From Mobula hypostoma (Eukaryota): a stretch of 64,000 nt of DNA. Positions within the stretch are counted from its first letter, which is position 1, and each line of letters starts with the position of its first letter. This document shows, one piece after another, positions 49,011 to 62,580 of the stretch. The stretch is taken from positions 177,942,001-178,006,000 of the forward strand of contig NC_086097.1 in the NCBI RefSeq assembly GCF_963921235.1, written 5' to 3'. A program made the position numbers and the translations under genes. The notes below the pieces were generated by a model. That model had not been told where the DNA came from, ran no database searches, and saw only the letters and a list, made by a program, of their open reading frames with translations.

Positions 49011-51279
49011 TCCAGTGGTTCCAGTGATCATAACACCATTAGTTTCAACTTGATCATGGACAAGGATAGATCTGGTCCTAGGGTTGAGGTTCTGAACTGG
49101 AAGAAGGCCAAATTTGAAGAAATGAGAAAGGATCTAAAAAGCGTGGATTGGGACAGGTTGTTCTCTGGCAAGGATGTGATCGGTAGGTGGGAAGCCTTCA
49201 AAGCAGAAATTTTGAGAGTGCAGAATTTGTATGTTCCTGTCAGGATTAAAGGCAAGGTGAATAGGAATAAGGAACCTTGGTTCTCAAGGGATATTGCAAC
49301 TCTGATAAAGAAGAAGAGGGAGTTGTATGACGTGTATAGGAAGCAGGGAGTAAATCAGGTGCTTGAGAAGTATAAGAAGTGCAAGAAAATACTCAAGAAA
49401 GAAATCAGGAGGGCTAAAAGAAGACACGAGGTTGCCTTGGCAGTCAAAGTGAAGGATAATCCAAAGAGCTTTTACAGGTATATTAAGAGCAAAAGGATTG
49501 TAAGGGATAAAATTGGTCCTCTTGAAGATCAGAGTGGTCGGCTATGTGCGGAACCAAAGGAAATGGGGGAGATCTTAAATAGATTTTTGCGTCTGTGTTT
49601 ACTAAGGAAACTGGCATGAAGTCTATGGAATTAAGGGAAACAAGTAGTGAGATCATGGAAACCGTACAGATCGAAAAGGAGGAGGTCCTTGCTGTCTTGA
49701 GGAAAATTAAAGTGGATAAATCCCCAGGACCTGACAGGGTGTTCCCTCGGACCTTGAAGGAGACTAGTGTTGAAATTGTAGGGGCCCTGGCTGAAATATT
49801 TAAAATGTCGCTGTCTACAGGTGAGGTGCCAGAGGATTGGAGAGTGGCTCATGTTGTTCCGTTGTTTAAAAAAGGATCGAAAAGTAATCCAGGAAATTAT
49901 AGGCCAGTAAGTTTAACGTTGGTAGTAGGTAAGTTATTGGAGGGAGTACTAAGAGACAGAATCTACAAGCATTTGGATAGACTGGGACTTATTAGGGAGA
50001 GTCAACATGGCTTTGTGCGTGGTAGGTCATGTTTGACCAATCTATTGGAGTTTTTTGAGGAGGTTACCAGGAAAGTGGATGAAGGGAAGGCAGTCGATAT
50101 TGTCTACATGAACTTCAGTAAGGCCTTTGACAAGGTCCCGCATGGGAGGTTAGTTAGGAAAATTCAGTCGCTAGGTATGCATGGAGAGGTGGTAAATTGG
50201 ATTAGACATTGGCTCGATGGAAGAAGCCAGAGAGTAGTGGTAGAGAATTGCTTCTCTGAGTGGAGGCCTGTGACTAGTGGTGTGCCACAGGGATCAGTGC
50301 TGGGTCCATTGTTATTTGTCATCTATATCAATGATCTGGATGATAATGTGGTAAATTGGATCAGCAAGTTTGCTGATGATACAAAGATTGGAGGTGTAGT
50401 AGACAGTGAGGAAGGTTTTCAGAGCCTGCAGAGGGACTTGGACCAGCTGGAAAAATGGGCTAAAAAATGGCAGATGGAGTTTAATACTGACAAGTGTGAG
50501 GTATTGCACGTTGGAAGGACAAACCAACGTAGAACATACAGGGTTAATGGTAAGGCACTGAGGAGTGCAGTGGAACAGAGGGATCTGGGAATACAGATAC
50601 AAAATTCCCTAAAAGTGGCGTCACAGGTAGATAGGGTCGTAAAGAGAGCTTTTGGTATATTGGCCTTCATTAATCAAAATATTGAGTATAAGAGCTAGAA
50701 TGTTATGATGAGGTTGTATAAGGCATTGGTGAGGCCGAATCTGGAGTATTGTGTTCAGTTTTGGTCACCAAATTACAGGAAGGATATAAATAAGGTTGAA
50801 AGAGTGCAGAGAAGGTTTACAAGGATGTTGCCGGGACTTGAGAAACTCAGTTACAGAGAAAGATTGAATAGGTTGGGACTTTATTCCCTGGAGCATAGAA
50901 GAATGAGGGGAGATTTGATAGAGGTATATAAAATTATGATGGGTATAGATAGAGTGAATGCAAGCAGGCTTTTTCCACTGAGGCAAGGGGAGAAAAACAC
51001 CAGAGGACATGGGTTAAGGGTGAGGGGGGAAAAGTTTAAAGGGAACATTGGGGGGGCTTCTTCACACAGAGAGTGGTGGTAGTATGGAATGAGCTGCCAG
51101 ACGAGGTGGTAAATGCGGGTTCTTTTTTAACATTTAAGAATAAATTGGACAGATACATGGATGGGAGGTGTATGGAGGGATATGGTCCGTGTGCAGGTCA
51201 GTGGGACTAGGCAGAAAATGGTTTGGCACAGCCAAGAAGGGCCAAAAGGTCTGTTTCTGTGCTGTAGTTTCTATGGTTT
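49011..51279 (+). mobile_element. Young 5'-truncated CR1 LINE ORF2 (endonuclease C-terminal SDH, linker, RT, 3' UTR)
   Basis: ORFs 48993-49619, 49595-50698 and 50705-51082: [41 protein letters not shown]. One frameshift (~49585) and one nonsense TAG (50696-98); tail tttctatggttt; CAT at both junctions. Confidence 0.95.
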
Positions 51280-52945
51280 CATGAATACAAGGGATGACTC
51301 AGGAACAGCATAGCTGGTGAATTATTGGTTGTGCAGTGTGTTGCATTGCCATATGTAAGGATGAAATTGGCAAGCTTCTGATTGCATGTCAGTGTAGTGT
51401 GTTCTGCTGACATTGCTTGCAGTGTGCTCTTTAGATTCTGGGCAAACCGTTCCACCAAGCCATTTGTGATAAGGTGCAAATGTAGTAAGTCTTTTTCCAC
51501 TCACTTTCAGGAATGACTGAAACTATTCCGCAACGAATGGTGGTCCATTGTTATTGACTAAATTTTCTGGAACAGTGCTTGTGAAGAGGCTTCTCAACAT
51601 ATCAACAGTGTGCGAGGCTGTAGTGGGGGCGATTTCCTTTTCCAAGGGTAAATGGGGCAATCCGTCAGCATTTCCATGATTAGTCATCCTCTTGAATTCG
51701 ATCTTGTAATTGTCGCGTCCAAGAAACAGAGCCGTTCTCTGCATTCGTGCTGCTGCTGTTGGTGGATTGAAGAAGGACACCAGTGACTGATGGTCAGTGA
51801 TGAGGGTAAATTCTCACCGTACAAGTTCTGGTTGAAATGTTTTACATCCCAGAGCAGACTCAAGGCCTCTCTTTCAATCTGTGAGTAATTGTTCTGAGTA
51901 GCAGTAAGGGAACATGATGCCAAGGCTTTGGGGTGTTCAGTTCCATCACTCATCACATGATATAACTGCACCTATACCATAAGGTGAGGTATCACACGCA
52001 AGCTTCACTGGACGATGTGGATCATAATGTGTGAGTACAGTGTCTGATGTCACCATTTTCTTTACTTTTTTTTTGAAAGGCACCTCACACAGCTTTGTTC
52101 ATCGCCATTTCTTCTCGGTCTGTAGTAATGAGTTCAAGGGATAGAGCACAGTAGCCAGATTTGGTAGGAATCCATTATAGTAATTGACAAATCCTAAAAA
52201 GGACCGCGACCGTGATATTTTCTTTGGCCTCAGGGCAATCCGCCACTGCTTGAATTTTCTCAGCACACTTTGATGGTGTGATGGTGTGACCACAATAAGT
52301 GATGCTCGGTTTAAAGAATTCTGAAACCATAATCTTGCAATTTTTTTTTAACACTGTCTTAAGATTTTGGAGATATTCCTTGTCATCCTTATGTTAACAA
52401 TGATGTTATTCTGGTAACACTGAGTGCTTGAAGAGCTTTGCAGCACCTGGTCCATAACTTTCTACTAGAGTGTAGGTGCAAATGTTACTGCAAAATATAA
52501 GCAATTATAATAATAAAGCCCTTTGTGATTATTTATGATGAGAAACATTTTGGACTAGTCTTCCATCTCCATTTGTAGGAAGGCCTCAGCTGTCCACTTT
52601 GTTTTCCTCCAAGAAGGTTTACAAAGATATCCTCTGTCGTGGGCAGAGGGTATTGATCTACTGCAGTACTGTCTTGGTGGTGGCCTTAAAATATCACAGA
52701 TCCTGACAGACTCATTCTTCGTCGCTTCTGGGACCACTGGTATTGCCTATGGGCTGCACTCAACCTTGGAATCAGTTCCTTCAGCCTCCGTGTGATCTGG
52801 CTCACTGGTTACTTTACCTTGGATGGGAAAAGAAACCTGATGGCTTTGCAAAACTTAGGTGTGGCATTTTCATTTAATACTATTTTACCCTTGGTATGTT
52901 TGAGTTTTCCATTGCCATCCTTGAACACTGCGGTGGCATCATCTA

Positions 52946-53890
52946 AAGCGGCCAGTGAGTGAGTGGGCCAGTGAAGGAGTGGAGCTTTGAGGCTTTGACT
53001 CGAGAGGCTTCGACGAGAAGAGGCGGAGGACAAGCTAGCTCGCGGTTAGTTTTTACAATGTCTTCTGAGACGGCAATGTGCCTCTCCTGTGAGATGTGGC
53101 AGTCTTGGGGGATCTCTCCTCTCCCGCAGAGTCACATCTGCCAGAAGTGCATACGGCTGGGCGATCTGGAAGACTGTGTAAGGAATCTGGAGCAGCAGCT
53201 GGGTGACCTTCGGCTCGTAAGGGAGAATGAGGCAGTCATAGAGGAGAGCTACAGGGAGGTAGTCACACCTAGGCTGTCAGAAGCAGGTCGTTGGGTGACA
53301 GTCAGAGGGGGAAAAGCAAAGGTGAGCAGACAGGTAGTGCAGAAGCACCCCTGTAGCCATTCCCCTGAATAATAAGTTTACCGTCCTGGATACTGTTGGC
53401 GGGGACGACCGACCAGGTGTGAGCCACGGTAGCAGGGCCTCCGGCACGGAGTCCGACCCTGTGGTGTGGAAGGGTGGGACGGAGAAGAGGAGAGCTGTCG
53501 TCATTGGAGACTCTATAGTCAGGGGAGCAAAGAGGAGATTTTGTGGACGTGAGAAAGTTACATCACAGGTAGATTGGGGTGTTAGCTTTCATAAGTCAAG
53601 GGATAGCGTTTAAGAGTCGCGAGGTAATATTGCCTCCCGGGTGCCAGGGTCCGGGATGTCTCTGACCGGGTGCACGACATCCTGGTACAAGAGGGAAAGC
53701 AATCAGAAGTCGTGATACATGTTGGGACCAACGACATAGGCAGGAAGAGCGATGAGGTCCTGAAGTGTGAGTTTCGGGAACTAGGCAGAAGGCTGAAGAA
53801 CAGGACCTCAAGGGTGGCGTTCTCAAGATTGCTGCCAGTGCTACGTGACAGTGATGGTAAGAATTGGAGGAGATGGCAGTTGAATGCATG
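52946..53890 (+). mobile_element. CR1-clade LINE 5' UTR and ORF1 (zinc finger/leucine zipper plus SGNH esterase), disrupted
   Basis: CLSCEMW...HICQKC...LEDCVRNLEQQL; VVIGDSIVRG; VIHVGTNDIG; frameshift ~53340 and a short foreign insert ~53556-53628. Confidence 0.85.
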
Positions 53891-54585
53891 GCCGACTGGG
53901 GTGATATACTGCGTCCAGTGCTCCCGATGTGGCCTTCTATATATTGGCGAGACCCGACGCAGACTGGGAGACCGCTTTGCTGAACACCTACGCTCTGTCC
54001 ATCAGAAAAAGCAGGATCTCCCAGTGGCCACACATTTTAATTCCACATCCCATTCCCATTCTGACATGTCTATCCACAGCGTCCTCTACTGTAAAGATGA
54101 AACCACACTCAGGTTGGAGGAACAACACCTTATATTCCATCTGGGTAGCCTCCAACCTGATGGCATGAACATCGACTTCTCTAACTTCCGCTAATGCCCC
54201 ACCTCCCCCTCGTACCCCATCTGTTACTTATTTTTATACACACATTCTTTCTCTCACTCTCCTTTTTCTCCCTCTGTCCCTCTGAATATACCCCTTGCCC
54301 ATCCTCTGGGTCCCCCCCTCCCCCGTCTTTCTTCCCGGACCTCCTGTCCCATGATCCTCTCATATCCCCTTTGCCAATCACCTGTCCAGCTCTTGGCTCC
54401 ATCCCTCCCCCTCCTGTCTTCTCCTATCATTTTGGATCTCCCCCTCCCCCTCCAACTTTCAAATCCCTTACTCACTCTTCCTTCAGTTAGTCCTGACGAA
54501 GGGTCTCGGCCTGAAACGTCGACTGTACCTCTTCCTAAAGATGCTGCCTGGCCTGCTGCGTTCACCAGCAACTTTTATGTGTGTT
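53891..54585 (+). mobile_element. Penelope-like element 3' part (intact GIY-YIG frame plus tail)
   Basis: Near-identical to 45407-46095; GVIYCVQCSRCGLLYIGETRRRLGDRFAEH...QPDGMNIDFSNFR*. Confidence 0.92.
54488..54525 (+). ncRNA. Minimal type I hammerhead ribozyme motif in Penelope tail
   Basis: TAGTC-CTGACGA-AGG(GTCTCGG)CCT-GAAA-CGTC-GACTG; predicted cleavage after C54520. Confidence 0.8.
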
Positions 54586-54599
54586 CCACAGAGAAAACT

Positions 54600-54784
54600 G
54601 ATAGGTCTACTTAGCGCAAAGAGAGATCAAGCAGGATTCATTCATTTTCTTTCTTTCTTTTCTCTCTCCCTTGCCCTCGCTAAAAAATCAGTTTCCATGA
54701 TATTGTATATAATTTGAGGGCATCAGGGAGCTGCTATCGATATACGGGAGACTCCTGGAACTCCCGGGAGAGGTGGGATGTCTG
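54600..54784. mobile_element. Possible single end of a hAT/Tip100-like DNA transposon
   Basis: Repeated cgggag subterminal motifs ending ...ccgggagaggtgggatgtctg; no partner end found. Confidence 0.35.
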
Positions 54785-56227
54785 TCTTCTGCCCTGCTGC
54801 TATTAGACTTTTGAATACAATAAGATGGACTCTTGACCTCACAATTTACCTGGTTTTTAGACTCGCACCTTACAGACTGCCTGCACTGCATTCTCTGTGT
54901 TGCTGTAACACTTTATTCTGCATTGTGTTACTGTTTTACCCTGTATGACCTACAGTACGTACACTGTTGTAACAAAATTATCTATATGAATGGTATGCAG
55001 GATAAGCTTGGAGCTGAATCTTGGTACGTGGCAATAATAAACCAATTTACCAATTCAGTTGCACCCCATCCTGGAAAGGAAATAGATTACTAGTCCTTTC
55101 AATGGTGCATCGATAGACATTGGTGGGGGTCAGAGGAGACTATCTTTAGGCTCCTGAGGAAGTAAAGGTGTTATGAGTGTTCTTGGCCGTGGCATCTACA
55201 CGGTTGGAAAAGGACAGGCTATTGGTAATGTTCACTCCTAAGAAAGGAGAGGGATTCCCATTCAGATTTGCTTATCGTCACATTCACCAGGGTGCAACAA
55301 AGCTCACAAAGTAAACAGTATGCATAGTATTAATAAATATAGCGACAAGTGCAAATGCAAGCAAATGATGCAAAATACAGCATTGCAATCAAATGCAGTG
55401 CCGAAAGAAATGTTAACGTTACAATAATGGAAGAGGTATAATTAAGGGTTCAAGAACATGAACAGGGAAGGGGATGTGAAGGAGGCAATTGGATCAAAAA
55501 ATCTGATAGTAGTTGGACAAAAAAGCTGTTCCTGAATGTGGTCATCTGGGCTTTCGAGCTCCTGTATCTTCTCTGACAAGGTGGAAGAGGGAAAAGGGAA
55601 TGGCCAGGGTGGCAGGCATCCTTGGCAATACTGACAATATTGAAGAGGTTGGAATGCTTGAGAGCAAGCAGAGAACTAACTGGAAAGGTTTTACAAAGAG
55701 CTAGCATAGAACATAGATGACTAAATGGACTCTATTGTCCATTTAAAGACACCTTATCTTGTTATTTCAGGTTCTGGTTATTTATTGCTATTTATTTATA
55801 TCTGCATTTGCACAGTTTGTAGTCTTTCTGCACTCTGGTTGATCTTTCATTGATCCTGTTCTAGTGACTACTCTATAGATTTTCTAAGTATGCCCACAGG
55901 AAAATGAATCTCAGGGTTGTATGTGGTGATGTATATGTACTTTGATAAATTTACTTTGAACTTTGCGATCATTTAAGCCAAAGTACTGATTTTCCATCAT
56001 CATCACTGCTGTGAAGTCATACAAATTTAGTGCCTTTACAATTAGGTCTGCTGGCAGTGTTTTGAAGATTTTTTCTTGAGATTTAAAATTCTTTACTTTT
56101 CTCAAAAATTCTTCCCAGGATTTTTTTCTAAATATGGGAATTGGATGATGAAAACTTGTCACTGCGCCAAGCAGATGATACTAACAGTACAGCATTCATG
56201 TCTTGTACCTAGCTATTGTTACTATCA

Positions 56228-56930
56228 AGCAACACACACAAAATGCTGGAGGAACTCAGCAAGTAAGACAGCATCTACAAAGGGGAATGAACAGTTGACA
56301 TTCTGGACTGAGACCTTATAGGATTGGAAAGGGAGCGGGTAGAAGCCAGAATAGAAAGGCGTGGGGAGAGAAGGAGTACAAGCTGGCAGATGATAAGTGA
56401 AAACAGGTGAGGGGAAAGGTTAAGAGTGTGGGGAAGGGGGAATGAGGTAAGAAGCTGGGAGGTGATAGGTGGGAAGGTAAAGGGCTGAAGAAGGAGGAAT
56501 CTAACAGGAGAGGAGAGTGGACCATGGAATAAAAGAAAGGAGAAGGGGTCGCAGAGGGAGAAAATGGGCAGTTGAAGAGAAGTGAAGGGGTGAGTGGGAT
56601 ACCAAAACAGGAAATAAAAAAAGGAAGGGGGAGAAATTGGCCGACGTTAGAGAAGTCGATGTTCGTACGATCAGGTTAGAGACTATCTAGACAGAATGCG
56701 GTGTTGCTCTTCCAACCTGAGTGTGGCCTACAACAGGAGTAGGGGAGGCCTTAGACAGACTTGCCGAATTGGGAATGGAAAGTTGAATTGAAATGAGTGA
56801 CCACTGGGAGATCCTGCCTTTTGGACGGATGGAGCGAAGGTGCTCAATGAAGTGGTCCCCTTCTATGTTGGGTCTCACTGATGTAGAGGAGGCTGTACCA
56901 GGAGCACTGGATACAGTAGATGATCCTGAC
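56228..56930 (-). mobile_element. Older Penelope-like fragment (GIY-YIG remnant plus tail)
   Basis: GDHFIEHLRSI motif in ORF 56687-56968(-); GA-rich tail ending in ...gctggaggaactcagc. Confidence 0.75.
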
Positions 56931-57479
56931 AAAGATACAATTTCAGCTAAACAGCAGGGGAAGTACATTTAGTTAGGTAAAAAGTTAATATTTGTAATAG
57001 TGACTATCACACCATCTACCTTGTGGTACGTACATTCTTGTGTATCTTCTGCCCAACAGGAGGTAGAACAAAGAACGTCTGCGGTGGTTGGGGTCTTTTA
57101 TTATGTTGACCGTGTCTGTGTAGTACAACTCTATGACTCTATTAAGGGCTGTAGAAAAATATTTTGGAGAGCTTTAAAATGTTCTTTTGGAATAATGTTC
57201 ACTTGTAATGAACCATTGCAAGTGTAGAAATTTGGGTACATCTTTCAACCAAGGAATGCTAAAGTTTAAAAATGCCTTGTAAATGAGACTTCAAGACTCC
57301 CCCCAAACTTGTGTCTGTTTGTTTTCCACCTTCAGTTTTCACACAATATGCTAGAGGAACTCAGCAGATCAGGTAGCATCTACGGAGGGAAATGAAAAGT
57401 CAACTTCTTGAGCTGTGACCTTTCATCAGAACTGGAAAGGAAGAGGGCAACAGAGGCAGTGGGATGTGTCGAGAGTGGC

Positions 57480-57905
57480 CAGAGAAAGGTTGAACAAGTT
57501 GGGTCTTTATTCTTTGGAGCATAGAAGGTTGAGGGGGGACTTGATAGAGGTATTTAAAATTATGAAGAGGATAGATAGAGTTGACGTGGATAGGCTTTTT
57601 ACATTGAGAGTGGGGGAGATTCAAACAAGAGGACATGAGTTGAGAGTTAAAGGGCAAAAGTTTAGGGGTAACAATGAGGGGGAACTTTACTCAGAGAGTG
57701 GTAGCTGTGTGGAATGAGCTTCCAGCAGAAGTGGTTGAGGCAGGTTTGATGTTGTCACTTAAAGTTGAATTGGATAGATATATGGACAGGAAAGGAATGG
57801 AGTGTTATGGGCTGAGTGCAGGTCGGTGGGACTAGGTGAGAGTAAGAGTTCGGCATGGACTAGAAGGGCTGAGATGTCCTGTTTCCGTGCTGTAATTGTT
57901 ATATG
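57480..57905 (+). mobile_element. CR1 3' end
   Basis: RERLNKLGLYSLEHRRLRGDLIEVFKIM...TRGH; similar fragments at ~7920-8410(-), ~11905-12420, ~15180-15650, ~27000-27470, ~34760-35420(-), ~38300-38820, ~46790-47520 and ~61070-61750(-). Confidence 0.85.
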
Positions 57906-58056
57906 GTTATATAATGGGGAGACTAGTTTTCATGATGGATTCACAGCTTTCTGCAGTGTCTTGCGGTCTTGGATGGAACATTTGCCATACCATTTCAGGA
58001 TGCATCCAGCTAGCCCTTTGCAAGGTGTGGCACTGTTGCCTGCCGTTAGTTGCTAA

Positions 58057-58458
<402 letters not shown>

Positions 58459-61400
58459 TGAATGCACTGCCTGGGGTGGTGATGGAGGCAAATTCAATGG
58501 AAATTTGAGGCTTTTGTATAGGCAAATAAATGTGCAGAGAATGGAGGGATTAGTTTAATTAGCCATCTTTAGCTTTGGCATTGTGGGCCAAAGGATCTGT
58601 GCTGTATTATTCTGTTCTATGAATGAAGTATATCTTCTGTGAAATTGATTGTGTGTTCACAGTGTTGGAATGTGGTATGTTTATTACTGTCTCATATACC
58701 CAGGTACAGTGAGAAGCTTGTCTTGCAAACTGTTCATCCACATTAGTTTATTACACAGTGCATTGAGGTAGAACAATAAAATAATCTATTTGCTGAGAAA
58801 GTGCAGCACAGGTAGACAATAAGCTGCAAGATCATTATGAGGTAGATTGAAGTCAAGAGTTCTATTTATTGTACAAGGGAAATGTATAATAATCTTATAA
58901 CAGTGGGGTAGAAGCTGTACTTGAGCCTGGTCATACATTCCTGTTGTGTTGGCTCCCGAGCAAGCTTAGGCTCCATGTTCACTGAATCCTACCCACCTCA
59001 GCTCATCCACCTCTGCGCCCCTTCCATTTCTTATCTCATCTCCAGATGCTGGTGGTGCTCTTCACAAACTTGGGGTCATCCCATACTCTGCCTCAGCTCT
59101 CCCTCAACCCACCTTGGCATTCTTCTCTTCTCCCCCCCCCCCACAGCCCAGCACTCTTGCCCATCTCGCCCCATCGCCACAACCCTCTCACCCTCCCCGT
59201 GCCTCCTTTCTGTCTTCCTCCAAACCCCCACCTCCATGCTGTCTCTTCTCTATCCTCCTCTCCTTGGAGCAACGAAGGCGCAGGGGTGACCTTAGAAGTT
59301 TATAAAGCCGAAGGAGCATGAAAAATGTGGATGGTCACAGTCTTGTTTCCAGGAGTGTATAGTCTCATGTTTGGAAGAGAAAGTTCTAAAGGGGGGCATA
59401 AGAGGCAACTTTTCCACACTGAGGATGGCGACTGTGTGGACGGAACAAGCTGCCAGAGGAAGTGGTAGAGATGGGTACAATTAAACATTTGAATGATACT
59501 TGAACAACAGGTATGTGGAGAAGTGAAGTTTAAAGGGATACGAGCTAAAATAACAAGCAATTCAGATGAGCACATGAAGGCTGCTTGTTCGGCATGGATG
59601 AACGTAGGACTCTAGCTCTGTTGCATATTTGCTTTAGGTGGGATGGTACATTGGTTAATATACAGGATTTGCTCCATGTCTGGACCACTGCCTGAGAGAA
59701 GGGCTGAAGGGTCTGTTTCTGTGCTGTAGTGCTCTATGACTTTGTAAGTATGCAGTGGTTCAAGAAGGAAGCTCGCCACCATCTTCTCAAGGACAACAAA
59801 ATGCTGGCTCAGCCTGTGAAGCCACATCCCCTCAATTAATAATTTTTTAAAAAGATGATGAGGCCGTGAAGTGGACATATGGCGTGCCTTTATAGTTTGG
59901 GGCAAAGAATATGACTTGGGACATTATGTTACATCTTTACTAAACACTAGTTGGGCATAATCAGAATAGATAGAACCATTTTCCCATGGTTGGTTATTAG
60001 ATTTGAGGGCAAAGGTTTAAAGTGAGAGGAAAAGGACAATCATCCCCTCAAAACTAATCAGAGGGCTCCAAGACCTAGGCCTCAATACCTGCTTGTGCAA
60101 TTGGATCTTCAATGTTCTCACCTGCAGACCACAGTAAGATCAGGTTGGCAAAAACATCTCCCCCACAATCTCTATCACACACATGCACCATAAGGCTGTG
60201 TGCTTAGCCCCTGTTCTACTCGCATCACACTTGGACTGTGTGGCTAAGCACATCTCCAATGCCATTTGTAAGTTTGCCAATGACACCACCATCATTGCCT
60301 GAATCAAAGGTGGTACAGAATCAACATTTTGGGAAGGAGAATGAAAATCTAGCTGAGTCGTGCCACAGTCGCAACCTCTTTCAGTATCAGCAAGATCAAT
60401 AAGCTGATTATTGACTTCAGGGGGAGGAAACTGGAGTTCCATGAACCAGTCCTCATCGGGGAATCAGAGTGGAGAGTGTCAGCAACTTCAAATTCCTCGG
60501 TATTATCATTTCAGAGAACCAGTTTGCAAAGATTTGCATGACTTCTAAAACTTAAACAAATTTTTATAGAAGTGTGGTGGAAAGTATATTAACTGGTTGC
60601 ATCATAGACTGGTAAGGAAACACCAGAGCCCTTGACCAGAAACACTGCGGTGTTCCCACTAATTCTGGACTCACTTTCAAGGACTTTTCATCTCCTGTTG
60701 CTTATTTATAGTATTTATCATTATTATTTCTTCTTTGTTTTGTATTTGCATAGTTGTCTTTTACACTGATTTTTTGTCCTCCCTGTTGAATGCAGTCTTT
60801 TATTTACTCTCTTATGGTTCTGAGTATGCCCACAAGAAAACAAATCTCAGGGTTGTATATGGTTACATATAGGACTTTGATAATAGATTTACCTTGAACT
60901 TTGAAGGAGTGAGGGGGTAAGATTTTTACACAGGGAGTGTTTGGTCTCTGGAATGCATTGCCAGGGGTGATGGTGGAATCAAATACAATCACTAAGAGGC
61001 ACTTAGATAGGCAAGGCTTAGAGGATATGGTCAAGTGAGAACTAATAGGATTGGTGTCAAATCATAGAGCAATACAGCATGGATGCAGAACCTGTTGGCC
61101 ATGGTGCACACCCAACTAGTCCCAATTTCTCGTGTACAGTGAATAGTTTTCTAAGCCCCACTGCTTCACATACCTATCCAAGGGTGCTTAAATTATTATT
61201 ACTGTACCTGCCTCAACCACTTCCTCTGGCAGCTCATTCCATACACTCACCACCCTCTGGGTGTAAAAGTTTCTGCTCAGGTCCCTTTTAAATCTTTCCC
61301 CTCACCCTAAATCTATGGCCCCCAGTTTTGAACTCCCCTACTCTGGGGGCAAAAAGACTTACAGCTATCATATCTATGCCTCTCATAATTTTAAACATTT

Positions 61401-62363
61401 CTATAAGGTCACCCCTTGTTCTCCTTTATTCCAAGGAATAACAACTTAGCCTGGCGATCCTCTCCCTATAACTCAGGTCCTCTAGTCCTGCCAACATCCT
61501 TGTAAATCTTTCTAGTGCTCTTTCCAATTTAACCACGTCTTTCCTGTAATAGGCTGACTAAGTCATAAATAGTATTCAAGTGTTGCTTCACCAATGACTT
61601 GTACAACTGCAAAATAATATCCCAACTTCTATTCAGCGCCCTGACCGAGGAAGGTCGGTGTGATAAGCACCTTTTTCAACCTACCTGTGATACTGCTTTC
61701 AACGAGTGATGCACTTGTACTCGTAGGTCCCTCTGTTCCATCACGCTCCAGTAAAGTCTCACGTAGACAAAATGGTCAGCGTGGACATTGTGCTGAAGGG
61801 TCTGTTTCTGTAACTTCAATCTTTAAAACAATTATGTGGAATGCATTCAAAGTAGCTGTTGCTCAAATTATAATTCATCAGAATCAGGTTTTTTTCATTG
61901 TCCTCTTTCTCATGAAATTTGTTATTTTGCAGCAGCAGTATAGTGCAAATACATAAAATTACTATAAAGTGCAAAAAGAATAATGAGGGGGTGTTTGTGG
62001 ATTCAGGGACCATTCAGAAGTCTGATGGTGGAGCAGAAGAAACTGTTCCTGAATTGTTGAGTGTGGGTCTTCAAGCTCTTGTACCTCGCTCTGTGATGGT
62101 AATAACAGAGGAGGCAATGTCCTAGCAGGTGACGGTCCTTCATGAAGGACGCCACCTTCTTGGGGTGCAGCTTCAACAAAGCAGCATAGATTCATTATTT
62201 CCTTTCATTTGGCTTAAATTATTTCTTTTCCATGTTTTTCTGTGACTTACGAGTTAACGCCAGCTAGCACTCAGTGATTGTATTGGTAAGGGGGAGCTGG
62301 CTCCAATGGGGATTGCATCTCTCCATCTGGCCGTACGTTTGACATCTGTGATCTCTCTGGCAG

Positions 62364-62522
62364 GTCCTCGAGCGGCTACAGCTGAAGGGATTTGAAATAG
62401 TGGGATCCAGCGGCGGAGGCGTCGACTCTTCCCAGTTTAGCGAATATGTACTGAGACGGGAAATCAGGAGATTTTCCCGCATTCCACCAGTCATTCGGAT
62501 AAAACAGGAACCATTGGACTGA
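62364..62522 (+). CDS. KCTD1: KCTD1 terminal coding exon
   Basis: ggcAG acceptor; [55 protein letters not shown] at 62520-62522. Spliced total 164+145+306+159=774 nt = 257 aa plus stop. Confidence 0.96.
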   Translation, partial: VLERLQLKGFEIVGSSGGGVDSSQFSEYVLRREIRRFSRIPPVIRIKQEPLD

Positions 62523-62570
62523 ACTGATACATCTGTGAAATAAGGGAGCGGGAGAGAAAATATTTAAAAA

Positions 62571-62580
62571 AATAAATAAA
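62571..62580 (+). terminator. Candidate proximal polyadenylation signals (overlapping AATAAA x2)
   Basis: aataaataaa ~50 nt after the KCTD1 stop, inside an A-rich tract; may be incidental. Confidence 0.25.

Larger units (their letters stand above)
48345..52945 (-). mobile_element. Decayed Ty3/Gypsy LTR retrotransposon (RT-RNaseH-integrase plus 3' LTR), split by the CR1 at 49011-51279
   Basis: NYSQIEREAL (RNase H), RSFLGFVNYY (RT), TNGLVERF...SPAMLFL (integrase core), KWVLGKI..TGPLSY...WRRHID (integrase C-terminus); many stops and frameshifts; gag and 5' LTR absent. Confidence 0.88.

Noticed and set aside
49011..53890. One rearranged CR1 with ORF2 placed before ORF1
   Set aside because: The two pieces are separated by 1.7 kb of Gypsy pol and the ORF2 piece has its own precise junctions, so two independent insertions are simpler.
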